A stretch of DNA of 64,000 bases from Leptogorgia sarmentosa (lineage: Eukaryota): assembly GCA_964658305.1 (NCBI GenBank), contig OZ210884.1:4526001-4590000 (forward strand), in the 5' to 3' direction. Positions 36,476 through 48,198 of this stretch are shown here, piece after piece. A model generated the notes under the pieces. The model saw only the letters and a program-made list of their open reading frames with translations. It did not search any database and was not told the DNA's origin. How positions within the stretch are numbered: the stretch's first letter is position 1; each line of letters starts with the position of its first letter. The position numbers and the translations under genes were made by a program.

Positions 36476-39400
36476 TCAAGACAATAAATCCGGAAACTTA
36501 TCAACATTCAATCGATTATAACTTTCCTTGACACAAGTTAAAATTATTGTGGTAGCGGATATCGTCACCATCATTACCCATGTCATCCATGTACCCCCAA
36601 AATTACCCATGGATACAATCAAGAACAAGGCTTGGAGAAAGTAATCGGAGAATTTAATAACAGAGCTGGTAATCCCTTCTGCGACTGGATAAGCTATTTC
36701 CGCCCCGAACTCGAAGAAGAATGGTAGTGCACCATTCACGAAAAATCCACTTGAACCAAACATAACACAGATAAGTCTTTTGTCGAACGAAATAACTTTC
36801 GAGAATATCAAGCATACAATTAGGATGGAAATCGTTGCACAGGCCATCAATACCAAGAGGAACGTTTTCAAATTTCCAGCAAAACGATCGGCAAATCTGA
36901 ACAAATATTTTAACATGCATTATAAGACTTTAGAAAGAAAAGCGAGAAAAATTTTTGGCTACAAAAATATTAAACTTACATAGAGAAGAACACACTAGAA
37001 AATGCTCCACTCACGACAGCGATAAATCCCAACCATCCAGCAAATGTTTGCTCCACGTCAAATCCCTCTAAAATTTGATCCAATACAGAGGACCAACCAC
37101 TATAGACACCACAACTTGCACCATAAAGTATAGCCAGTAATAAAAAATTGCGATTTTTTAGCAACTGTAAAATTCCATTTTTCGGGCTCAATCGCTCCGC
37201 GCCTGATGATCGGCTTGGTAGTAGAGGTGGTTTCGCGGGGTAGTAAATGATAACTGCTAGAAACAAGAGGCCCATGAGAGCACATTCAACCCAAAATAAA
37301 TTTCGAATTTGTTTAAAATAAAATTCTCTTCGGGTAGAATTCACTTGAGTATAATCCATTGGTCCTATGTCATCCACAAATAGGGGTCCGATAATAAATG
37401 ATAACGCTGAGCCCGTGAAACTCCCTGCCATTAAAATTGCAGTCGATGTCGTGCGCTGGTTGCTAGGGAACCACGTTGCTGACAAAAGTACTCCACCAGA
37501 CAATGGTATGGGTGCGGCAATGCAACCCAATGCCTGACCAAGGCAAATTAATATTGTTGAAGCGGTCCAGTCGTTTCTGGTGGGGATACATCTGAAAGCT
37601 GAGCCAATAAACTGGCATCCAGCTGCAAGCACCACTGCAACCCTCAAACCTTACAGAGAATAACGAAAATGATTACCAAGTTATCGCCAATTCAATGCAC
37701 TACATATAATAATAATATACATAAATGTATTACTCGACTGTGATTGGTTCATTTCAGTGCAGTTAATCCCAAATCACAGTGCAATTTTTTGTAATCACTT
37801 TAAACCAATAAAATTAGAGCTCATGCTACAGTTTTCGTCAAAACAAAACAAACATGGCTGCCGCGCTAAACAAAGTAAAAATTGTCTTCGAGTCGAAAAT
37901 ATAGCTTTTATCTTTTTCTTATGACGTAAAAATTTTATCTCGAACAAGACTAACAAAAGTTACGTGCTTGGGTGAATTTTTTAAACCGTTATCGCTGTAA
38001 AATGTGACCATCTCGTGAGTTTTCCAAAGACCTCAAATAGCACTCGTCCTTTGGACTCGTGGTATTTTGAGGTCTTTGGAAAACTCACGCGTGCATGTTA
38101 ATTCCAAATTGCACTCGAAACCATACTATTACCTATACTACAGCATTTGCATGTCATTTAAACAAAAGAGAAGCACATTACAATGATTGGTATATTAATA
38201 ACACCGAAAGAAGGACAATAGCGCGATATGAACATCATTTGTGCTAGTAAGACCTAGTTCAGACGTCGAACTTTTCATGTGCCGAACCTAATGCAAATGA
38301 GCTCAAACTAAGAACTTTGCTCATTAACATTAGGTTCGGCACATGAAAAGTTCGACGTTTGAACTGGGCCTAAAACGGGCCTAAGTAAGTTCTATAACAA
38401 CACATTATTATATATTCCGTAAAGTGAAAATCAATTAGACGAAACAAAGAACAATTGCATGAACTAAGTAATCATTAACATTTTCACAACAGCAATAGCA
38501 AGAAATCAAAAGTCATATTACCACAACAAACAATCATTAATATAAAGACGTATAAAGTCAGAGGTCGCGTTCTAACAAATATAGATTTAATGTTTGCCAG
38601 TTCACACAACAGTAAAAATACTATTTAATATGTTTTAGCCCTGTAGCCCTATCGCTAAAAGTATAGTCTTTTTCCGGTGCTTCAAAAGCACGTACCAATC
38701 TTTCCTTGTCTTCTTGTCCAATTCGATTTCTCACTTACTCTGCCATTCCACTTGCTGCTGTTGTCTTCAGTTTGAATGTAATTAACGTTGTTTCAACTGT
38801 CCTTTTATATGTTCATTTCGGGCCCACATTTTCTGTCTCTATATTAATGACTATTTGTTGCGGTTTAATGTGTTTTGATTTTTTGCTATTGCTGTTGTGA
38901 AAATGTTAATGATTACTTAGTTCATGCAATTGTTCTTTGTTTCGTCTAATTGATTTTTTACTTTACGGAATATATAATAATGTGTTGTTATAGAACTTAC
39001 TTACTAGCACAAATGATGTTCATCACGCGCTATTGTCCTTCTTTCGGTGTTATTGATATCCCAATCATTCTAATGTGCTTCTATTTTGTTTAAATGACAT
39101 GCAAATGCTGTAATAACGAGGTAAATAATATCATTTTTCTATGAATCAAATTTAAAATTGAAACCAAATTATTTTTTACACTGCTCTAATGCTGACTAAA
39201 ATTCGTGTTGCTTCTCTAAAAACAGCATTCAGTACTACAGTAGCTACGGCAACATCTTTTCAGTTACTTCAGTTTTTCAACATGCTGATTGCCTCCAGTC
39301 TCTGAGATGACTTGAAACTACATGATTTTTACATCCAGTATGTGTAGTGCAATTTAAAATATCAACACAATGAAATACCAAACTCGAGACTGAGTTCTAC

Positions 39401-41061
39401 TTCGGGTTAGGCATAGCTATATATAAATCCCAAATTAAAAAAAAGGTACTGCTATTTTAAACTTTAAGCAACAGGTATATCCAGGACCTGAGGACCACAA
39501 ATATTACAGGTATTAGGTTGATTTATTTCAATCTTATACATTTTTCGATGAATCACAGAATTAAATGAATAAACTTCAATGGGCTAAAATGCGAGGTTGT
39601 TTCTTGTAACGATGTTATCAGAACTTGTGGGTGCCCTGTGGCGCACACAGACGGAGCCGACTCAGCCGAGGCCTGGGGCCAGAACAATATGGCGCATAGA
39701 ATAGTGTAAACTGTATTTCTAAGTTTTATCGTGGTTTTATGTATGTTACTGTATAACGAATCGCAACATTTCTCACCTCTATTACTTTGCTATAAGAGCT
39801 AATATCACTATGTACATAAAGTGGTAAGTCCAGTATGTGTCCATGTTGTTCCACTGAATGCTATATAAGAACTGGACACATACTGGGCTGTTGTGGTTTA
39901 TCTGCTCTGTCCAGGCAAGATCTCAACTATTAAGTCCAGTGAATGTATGAGCTAGCTTGCTTGGGCAGACTGGAAATTTTCTGTAATGAATGTAATTAGG
40001 AAGGCTAGCTGGCTGATCTATAGTAAGGAGGCTGAGCTTAAAACATTAATAATAATTGTTGTAAATCAATATTAGATAGACTTAAAAGGGTCTCAGAGAA
40101 CAATTCTGGGAGTAATTTAATCATGAAAGTTGTTAGCAAAAGTCAATATTCTTAAATATTCCATTTAGCAATTGAAACCATGAGTGCTTTGTTTTATGAA
40201 GTAATTCAGTCTCAAATGTTTCATGTAAACACACAAGATGAGATCAACAGAGGAATCTGGCTTGCCTCACACAAACAATCCCTCAACTAGATTAATTCAT
40301 TTGTGGCTAAAGACACAGAACCAGTCCAGGCTGTCCATGCTGGTTAAGATATCAAAGATTAGGGAAAATAGCATAATTATAATAGCAGAATCAGAGCCCA
40401 GGAATTCTGCCTTTATTTAGAAGCACAACCAGGGAAGGATCCATCAAGATCTGGTAGGGGGAGAGAGGGTGCTCTGCGGGTGAGTTATGCCCATCGTGTC
40501 TGGCATAGCATCTTGCCCATTCCCAAAGAGTGATAGAAGCTGTATTTTTGAATTATACAATTCACAATTTCATTGTTGGAACATAATGTTATTACTCAAA
40601 TTACTGCATCTCATTTTCTTCCTAATATTTTTTGGTTAATAATGCAAAATAGCACCCTTGGCCTTGACCAAGGCTAGGGGGTGGTGTGCACCCCCACAGT
40701 AAATGTATCCTTGAGTACAACTCTTATTCTGACACATACCTTTCACGTCCATCAACCACCCCAGTGGTATAATGGTAAAACAAGGTCCAATACATCCTAG
40801 TGCAGGCATCAAATCAATCATAAATGCATCCCATTTAAACACAGCTCTTGCTGTTCGTTGTATGGGAGACCAAGTGTTATATATAATACCTTGACCAACA
40901 CATAATAAGAAAAACATCCCCAATATGTACCAACGTTTCTTAAATACTTTGATGTCACTGTGATCAAGGCCATTCAGCAATGGTGTTTTGGGATTGCTGT
41001 CTAATACGGTCTCGCTATTTACAGGGTCCTGCTGTGAGTTTACAGGTTGATCCGTACTCAT
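36476..41061 (-). CDS. SLC49A4: MFS transporter, SLC49A4/DIRC2-like (FLVCR family), paralog A, 470 aa
   Basis: Exons 41061-40740, 37649-36980, 36896-36476; GT-AG, in frame (1413 nt). Motifs: KVFKKRWYIL, NTWSPI, WLMDVKGLR, SATWFPSNQRTTSTA, PAKPPLLPS, GVYSGW, FFEFGAEIAYPVAEGIT. Confidence 0.92.
38141..39110. mobile_element. Non-autonomous Tc1/mariner-type element with long TIRs and TA TSD
   Basis: TA|CAGCATTTGCATGTCATTTAAACAAAA...TTTTGTTTAAATGACATGCAAATGCTG|TA. Arms are ~38141-38548 and ~38835-39110. Confidence 0.85.
38251..38370. mobile_element. Harbinger-type MITE (same family as 20254-20373) nested in the left TIR
   Basis: TAA-flanked palindromic element. The opposite TIR arm (~38990-39010) shows the empty site. 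Confidence 0.85.
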
Positions 41062-41316
41062 TTTCGTTTTATTCAGCAATAATAACTTGATATTTTTGTG
41101 CTATGATCATTGATCATTGATCATGAGTCATGACATTGCATCTCGATTGCATTCATGCATTCAAGCAAGACATTTTGGAATTAATCATCCGAAGATAATT
41201 ACCAACATTTGGCTCCCTCGTACCCAGTCTCCCAGGGTACGAGACAGGGGATTAGACATACATGCAACATGCAGGTAAGTCAATGGGGTAAACCATTGAA
41301 CTCGGAGTAATCTGGA

Positions 41317-41500
41317 CAGGGCCGTCGCTAGAACGTTAATTGGGGGGATGCATATTCATATTTTGGCGTTCTGCCGACTGATTTCTTTAGAAATTAATTC
41401 CTAAACAACTGATTTCAAAAGAAATCAGTCGGCAGAACGCCAAAATATGAATATGCACCCCCCCCCCCCACCCCCAATTAACGTCCTAGCGACAGCCCTG
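41317..41500. mobile_element. hAT-type MITE with 8-bp TSD
   Basis: AATCTGGA|CAGGGCCGTCGCTAG...CTAGCGACAGCCCTG|AATCTGGA. Almost fully palindromic. Confidence 0.9.
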
Positions 41501-42305
41501 AATCTGGAATGAATGAATGATAACTTCACATAACAATGCCCATACTTGCCGGAAGCCAAGATGGCGGCCACAAAACTCCAGTGATTGGTTATATTTACTC
41601 ACATAACCTTTATTTTTCACCTAAAAAAACACGCTTCTGCAAGCTTTAAAGTACATTATAAAAAGCGCTGATGCCTGATGCTTTTTCTTTTTAAAGGATG
41701 GTAAAATAGTGTCGAACTCTTTCTAGAAAACCCAAAACCAGAAAAAACTAAAATAATTCACGCGGTTTTTTGCTCGATTTGCGTTTTGTTTGCTTTATAT
41801 TTCTACAGTAAAGTGAGTAAACCAATTTTTGCAAGTTTCATCTACATGATTCGAAAGTACTGTTGTTCTACTGCATGCTCTTAGATAAAAATATGAAACT
41901 ATACAAGGAAGGAAAAGTGATGAAACTCATATCCTTTTTCAACCTGTATTTTTCGGCCAAATTTTGTTAAAGGGACTGGGGCACAGAGAATATATGAGAC
42001 AGAGCTGCTAGGTCTACCTAAATAATAAAAAGTGGCATTTTTATGTACCTATTTTTTTAATGCGGTCTTGCAAAAAACATGATCAACTACGCATGCTCGG
42101 CAAGTTTAAATTTAGTCGTCATCCAATCAGATGCATGCATCTAGTAAGCATAAGCACCCAACCCAATCCACATTGAAATTCATAACAACAACTTAATTTA
42201 CTATAATTTACTTCATTTCCAAACATTCCTAATTGGTAGTTCAATTTCTATTACATACTTATTGGCCCAAACTACTGAGAGGTAGTTTGACCTTCTTATT
42301 GATCG

Positions 42306-44784
42306 CTAATCTGGAAGGACAGTTTGCTTCTTATCAAGAATTAACCGGTTATACTTGGCTTGCACAAAAAACAACAACGCTGTCGTGACCGCGCATGTAA
42401 CCATGGTAACCCACGTCATCCATTTCGCACCAAAATTTCCCATAGAAACAATTAGAAATATAGCCTGAAGAAAATAATCTGAGAATTTGGTCACGGACGA
42501 AGTGATACCTTCAGCGACAGGGTAGGCAATTTCTGCTCCAAGTTCAAAGAAGAACGGTATGGATCCATTGACGAAGAAGCCAGTGAAACCAAACACGACG
42601 CAGAGCAATACTCGGTGAAATGGAATTACTTTCGCAAATATAAAGCACATTGTTAGAATTGACACTGATGCCAAAGCCATGAACAAGATGAGGAACTCCT
42701 TTAAGTAGCTTGAGAAATGGCCTGCAAACCTACAAAACAACAACAACAACAACAAAAAAGAGAATGAATGTCTTGTTAGCTACTGTAATTAGAACAGTAT
42801 CGTGTAACAGAGCGATTGGTTTTACTTTCAGTCATCCTTCCAGAATAAAAATAAATATATTTTATATTTTCTGGCTCATAAAGGGTTTTTGTTTCAAAGT
42901 TTACATGGTGTTTTTCACGGATCTCAGAAAAGAAAGCAGTTTTTTGACAAAAAAAATTATTGTAAAATTTCACAAGTGGAATCAAAAACCGAAATCACGT
43001 TAAAACCAAATTGCGTTAACAGATTATACAGTATACATATAAGTTGGTTGGTTCAAGGTTAGACTAGGGTCATAAATAAGAGTAGGTTTTAATGTGCCTG
43101 CAGTATTGTGTTTAACTTTAAGGTTAGCATTTTCATTCTGATTATGAAACAAGATGTTTGAAAATAGAAACAACCACGTGACCTCTAGGTTTCAGCCTAT
43201 ACCTATAGGGTATAACTGATACGGATTGGAATAATCGATGCAATCTTTCATGAAACTTATATGAAGGATAAACTAAACAAAGCTTTTGGCTATAGTCACT
43301 CAGATACACTATACGTGCTGCTAACGTGTGGCCAAATACCGGTCTTGACTTAGAGATGAAAATCATAGCAATCATGCAGTTGAAAGTGATACCCTCGGCC
43401 CTCGCTTATTTTTTGAATGGAAATTATATTAGAATACTAGGAAAAGATCAAGAAAAAGAGAAAGAAAAAGAGTCTGACAGGTTATTATCACTTACAATGA
43501 GAAGAATATCCCCGAAAATGCACCACTGATGACAGCTATAAATCCCAACCATCCAGCAAATTTTTGCCCGACACCAAACTCCTCTAAATTTTGATCCAAA
43601 ACCGAACACCAACCGCTGTACACACCACAACTAACGCCGTACAACGAGACTAATAATAAAAAATTCGAATTTCTTCCAAGCTTGGATAAGCCAAGCTTGA
43701 AACCCGCGCGTTCGACCCCTGACGATCTACTTGGGGGTTTTGGTGGTCGATCGGGAAAATGTAAAAATATTCCGAGAAATAATAAGCCCATTAGCCCAAC
43801 TTCCATGATAAACATTGCGCTAATTTGGCTGAAATATGTCCTTTCTTGTTCTAAGGTTAAAACGTATTTTCCATCTTTTTTCGCGACAACAGTTTCAGCG
43901 ACGTCATCGACAAGAACTGGGCCAATCAGAAACGAGAGAGCACTTCCCGCTGATGCACCGGCCATGACGATAGCCGTTGAGATTGTTCGCTGGTTGCTAG
44001 GAAACCACGTGGCTGACAACAGCACACCACCAGATAAAGGTATAGGTGCGACTAATCCGCTGATTGCCTGACCGGAACATATCAAAATAGTCGATAGTAA
44101 CCAATTGTTTTCTGGTGGAAAACATCTTAAAAGTGCTCCAACGAATTGGACTCCGGCTGCCAATAATACTGCACCACGTAAACCTCGAAAAGTAAACAAA
44201 CTTCAATAAATAAATTTATTATATGGCAAGTGTTTCTGAGCGGTCCGTCTGCTAAAATACAGCATTCTGATTGGTTCCTGAGCGGTCGGTAACATGCAGT
44301 ACGGATCGCTCACGTTTAGCGACGTCGCTTGTCTTCTTTTTATCTCCCAATCCCTTTTGAAGCATATATAGTCAGGCCTATATTCAAATTACTAATTTCA
44401 GAAGTTTGACTGCTTTTTCCAAAGAAATATAAACATTTTACTCTCCTTCTCGCCCCCCTTCGACATACCTTTAACGTCCATCAGCCATCCCAGAGGTACT
44501 ATAGTGAGGCATGGTGCTAGACAACCTATTGCAGGCATCAAATCAATCATAAACGCATCCCATTTATACACAGCTCTTGCTGTGCTTTGTATCGGTGACC
44601 AAGTATTGTACATAACACCTTGACAGGCACATAGCAACGTAAACATCGCTAAAATGTACCATCGCTTCGCGTAAACCTTAGTTTCCTCGCTGTCTTTAGT
44701 GAAGGTCGATTCTTTAATGCCACCGGAGTCAGAAAAAGTCAACAATCGTTCACGATCGTTGCTCGCTATGTCACCAGGAGTCAT
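42306..44784 (-). CDS. SLC49A4: MFS transporter, SLC49A4/DIRC2-like, paralog B, ~475 aa
   Basis: Exons 44784 (or 44802)-44469, 44183-43496, 42729-42306. Same intron positions and phases as paralog A. Motifs: KVYAKRWYIL, NTWSPI, SATWFPSNQRT, PDRPPKPPS, FFELGAEIAYPVAEGIT. Confidence 0.92.
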
Positions 44785-45368
44785 ATTTTTAAACAAATAC
44801 ATTTGCGATCAATATTAATCGGCGTGTGTTGAAGTAAAACATCAGTAAATTACACAATTATTTGGTTAAAAATGCTTATCTATACATATAGCCATTGTTT
44901 TAATATCACTGATTCACTGTTGTGATGTTAACTAGTACTTCATCTTATAATGGCTTTAGATGTTCCCACTGATCTATTGTTATGGCTGAATGGAGCCAGT
45001 ATAACACGCACATTGAGGCTGGGATTACACAATACCGATATAGCTATAGATATACACAATACGGCATATATTCAGAAAGCCTGGGTCCTTGCGGTCATTT
45101 TGGTGGGAAAATTTTAAATTTTCGCGCAATTCAGATCCCGTCAGTCACTTTGCGTTTGAAAAGGTTAGACAATGATCTCGATTTCAGCGTTTACCAGGTT
45201 TTGGCTGCTGGTCGGGATTACTGTATTTTATATATTTTCGGTTGATGCAGCGTAAGAAGAAAACAATGAGAAGGAACAAGGACTTCTCTGCCTTTCTTAA
45301 ACGTTTGTGTGCTACTTTCTTTGGTTTTAAACTTATTCCGTCCTCTACAATTGTGTAAAAGTCTTTTC

Positions 45369-47115
45369 CCCTTACAAAAATAAACTATAGTTTCTTTCAC
45401 CGAAACTAAAGTTTAAAAAACTGTAGTAATTTGGAACAAAAACTATAGTTAAAATTAACTAAAGTTTCTAATAACTATAGTTTCCAAACGCACAGGTTTC
45501 AAAACGCTCAGGTTTCCAAACGCTCAGGTTTCCAAACGCTCAGGTTTCAAAACGCTCAGGTTTTTCAAAACGCTCAGGTTTCAAAACGCTCAGGTTTCCA
45601 AACGCTCAGGTTTTTTAAAACGCTCAGGTTTCAAAACGCTCACGTTTCCAAACGCTCAGGTTTTAAAACGCTCAGTTTTCAAAACGGTCAGGTTTCCAAA
45701 CGCTCAGGTTTTTCAAAACGCTCAGGTTTCAAAACGCTCAGGTTTCCAAACGCTCAGTTTTTTCAAAACGCTCAGGTTTCAAAACGCTCAGGCTTTAAAA
45801 CGCTCAGGTTTTTCAAAACGCTCAGGTTTCAAAACGCTCAGGTTTCCAAACGCTCAGGTTTTTCAAAACGCTCAGGTTTCAAAACGCTCAGGTTTCCAAA
45901 CGCTCAGGTTTCAAAACACTCAGGTTTCAAAACGCTCAGGTTTTTTAAAATGCTCAGGTTTTTTAAAACGCTCAGGTTTTTTAAAACGCTCAGGTTTCAA
46001 AACGCTCAGGTTTCTAAACGCTCAGATTTCAAAACGCTCAGGTTTCAAAACGCTCAGGTTTTTCAAAACGCTCAGGTTTCAAAACGCTCAGGTTTCCAAA
46101 CGCTCAGGTTTTTCAAAACGCTCAGGTTTCAAAACGCTCAGGCTTTAAAACGCTCAGGTTTTTCAAAACGCTCAGGTTTCAAAACGCTCAGGTTTCCAAA
46201 CGCTCAGGTTTCAAAACGCTCAGGTTTCAAAACGCTCAGGTTTTTCAAATCGCTCAGGTTTTCAAAATTGAAACCTGAGCGTTTTGAAACCTGAGCGTTT
46301 TAAAAAACCTGAGCGTTTGGAAACCTGAGCGTTTGGAAACCTGAGCGTTTTGAAACCTGAGCGTTTTGAAAAATCTGAGCGTTTGGAAACTATAGTTATT
46401 AGAAACTTTAGTTAATTTTAACTATAGTTTTTGTTCCAAATTACTACAGTTTTTTAAACTATAGTTTCGGTGAAAGAAACTATAGTTTATTTTTGTAAGG
46501 GTTTTGAAACCTGAGCGTTTTGAAACCTGGGCGTTTTGAAACCTGAGCGTTTTGAAAAACCTGAGCGTTTGGAAACCTGAGCGTTTTGAAACCTGAGCGT
46601 TTTAAAAAACCTGAGCGTTTTGAAACCTTAGCGTTTTAAAAAACCTGAGCGTTTGGAAACCTGAGCGTTTGGAAACCTGGAAATAGTTTCATAGCATATA
46701 ACTTAAAACTATAGTTAAATACAACAGATTCAAAAACTATATAATTATAAATAGTATAGTTAATATAAACTTTAGTTAAATTAACTATAGTTTTTGTTCC
46801 AAGTTACTACAGTTTTTTTAAACTATAGTTTCGGTGGAGAAATCTATAGTTTATTAATAACTATAGTTTTGTGGAACTATAGTTATTAGAAACTTTAGTT
46901 AATTTTAACTATAGTTTTTGTTCCAAATTACTACAGTTTTTAAACTATAGTTTCGCTGGAAAAAACTATAGTTTATTAATAACTATAGTTTTGTGGAACT
47001 ATAGTTATTAGGAACTTTAGTTAATTTTAACTATAGTTTTTGTTCCAAATTACTACAGTTTTTTAAACTATAGTTTCAATTCGGTGAAAGAAACCACAGT
47101 TTATTTTTGTAAGGG
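45369..47115. mobile_element. Non-autonomous CCC...GGG-terminated DNA transposon (CMC/EnSpm-like, 2-bp TSD) filled with a 17-19-bp satellite
   Basis: TC|CCCTTACAAAAATAAACTATAG...GTTTATTTTTGTAAGGG|TC. The internal AAACGCTCAGGTTTC array flips orientation at ~46268. A second right terminus lies at 46501. Confidence 0.85.
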
Positions 47116-48198
47116 TCTGGTCAACATCGCGTTCAGTATTAAGCAATGAAAAATGACACCATGTGGCTAGTGCGCTTGCGCAAACTCGTTTGAGCAAATG
47201 TCGCTCGCAATAGGCTTATCTTTTGGCATGAAAGTCATTGTCAAACCTATTGTCAAACCTAACCCTAATCCTAAACCTAAACAATGACTTTGAAATAGAG
47301 TCGAAATATTGTACATGTGTCTTGTTTTATAACAGCTCATATCTTGAGTTTACAAGATGTTTATTTTCGGAGTTTGTTTTCTCTTATAATAATCTACTTT
47401 ACTGCTGAAAACTTGAAGGACTTACTGTAAATTATGATTCGAAGTTGCCGCATGCGGTGAGCGGTTTGTTGAGAACATCAATCTTGATTAAGGTCTCCAA
47501 TAACATTCGATGTTTCGAGCAAAGGAGCTAGACAATGGCGAACTGAAACGGCGCGACATGTTTGTATGTCCCTGTTCTCTAGCTGCGTGTGGTAATATCG
47601 GGCAGGCTGTTTGACGTCCGTGCGGTTATGTAATCTTTTGAGTTGCTTAAACAACAAAATTTTGTACAACAAACAGTTTCTCTAAGTTGGCGGACAATAT
47701 CACTCACCTACGCTGGCTGGTGCTAACAAATTAAATTGGAATGGTTTTAAAATATTCTTTTGTCATAGACCGCCAACACTTGAGCAGCCCTGATGGAAAT
47801 TGCTAACATCATTTCAACCTAGTGGCTAGTGATATGCAAATACCATACTTATAACACACTGTATAATGTTAAGTACGATTGAGATTGATTATTTCGTAAT
47901 GAATAAGAGCAAAAACTAATAAAACTGCACTTACGTTCGTATAAGCCGTGATTAACCTTTAGCCGTGCAGATTTGTTAGTGAATATTGCAACTTTGTAAA
48001 AGCGACTGCATTTTGTAATTGCAACTTCTTTTAAAATTATATGTGACGTCACAATTATGGTCTTTGCATATCAAAGAAGTTCGAATATCTCGAGACGGAA
48101 AACAGCAACAAAATCCTACCAAGGCTCATATGAAAAGGCCATAATATGATTATGTGTTTCCATAGTCGGCAGAAAATAAATCAAACAGCCAACAATTT

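Noticed and set aside
45950..46294. 114-aa ORF (KTLRFQNAQV repeats)
   Set aside because: Translation of the 17-19-bp satellite.
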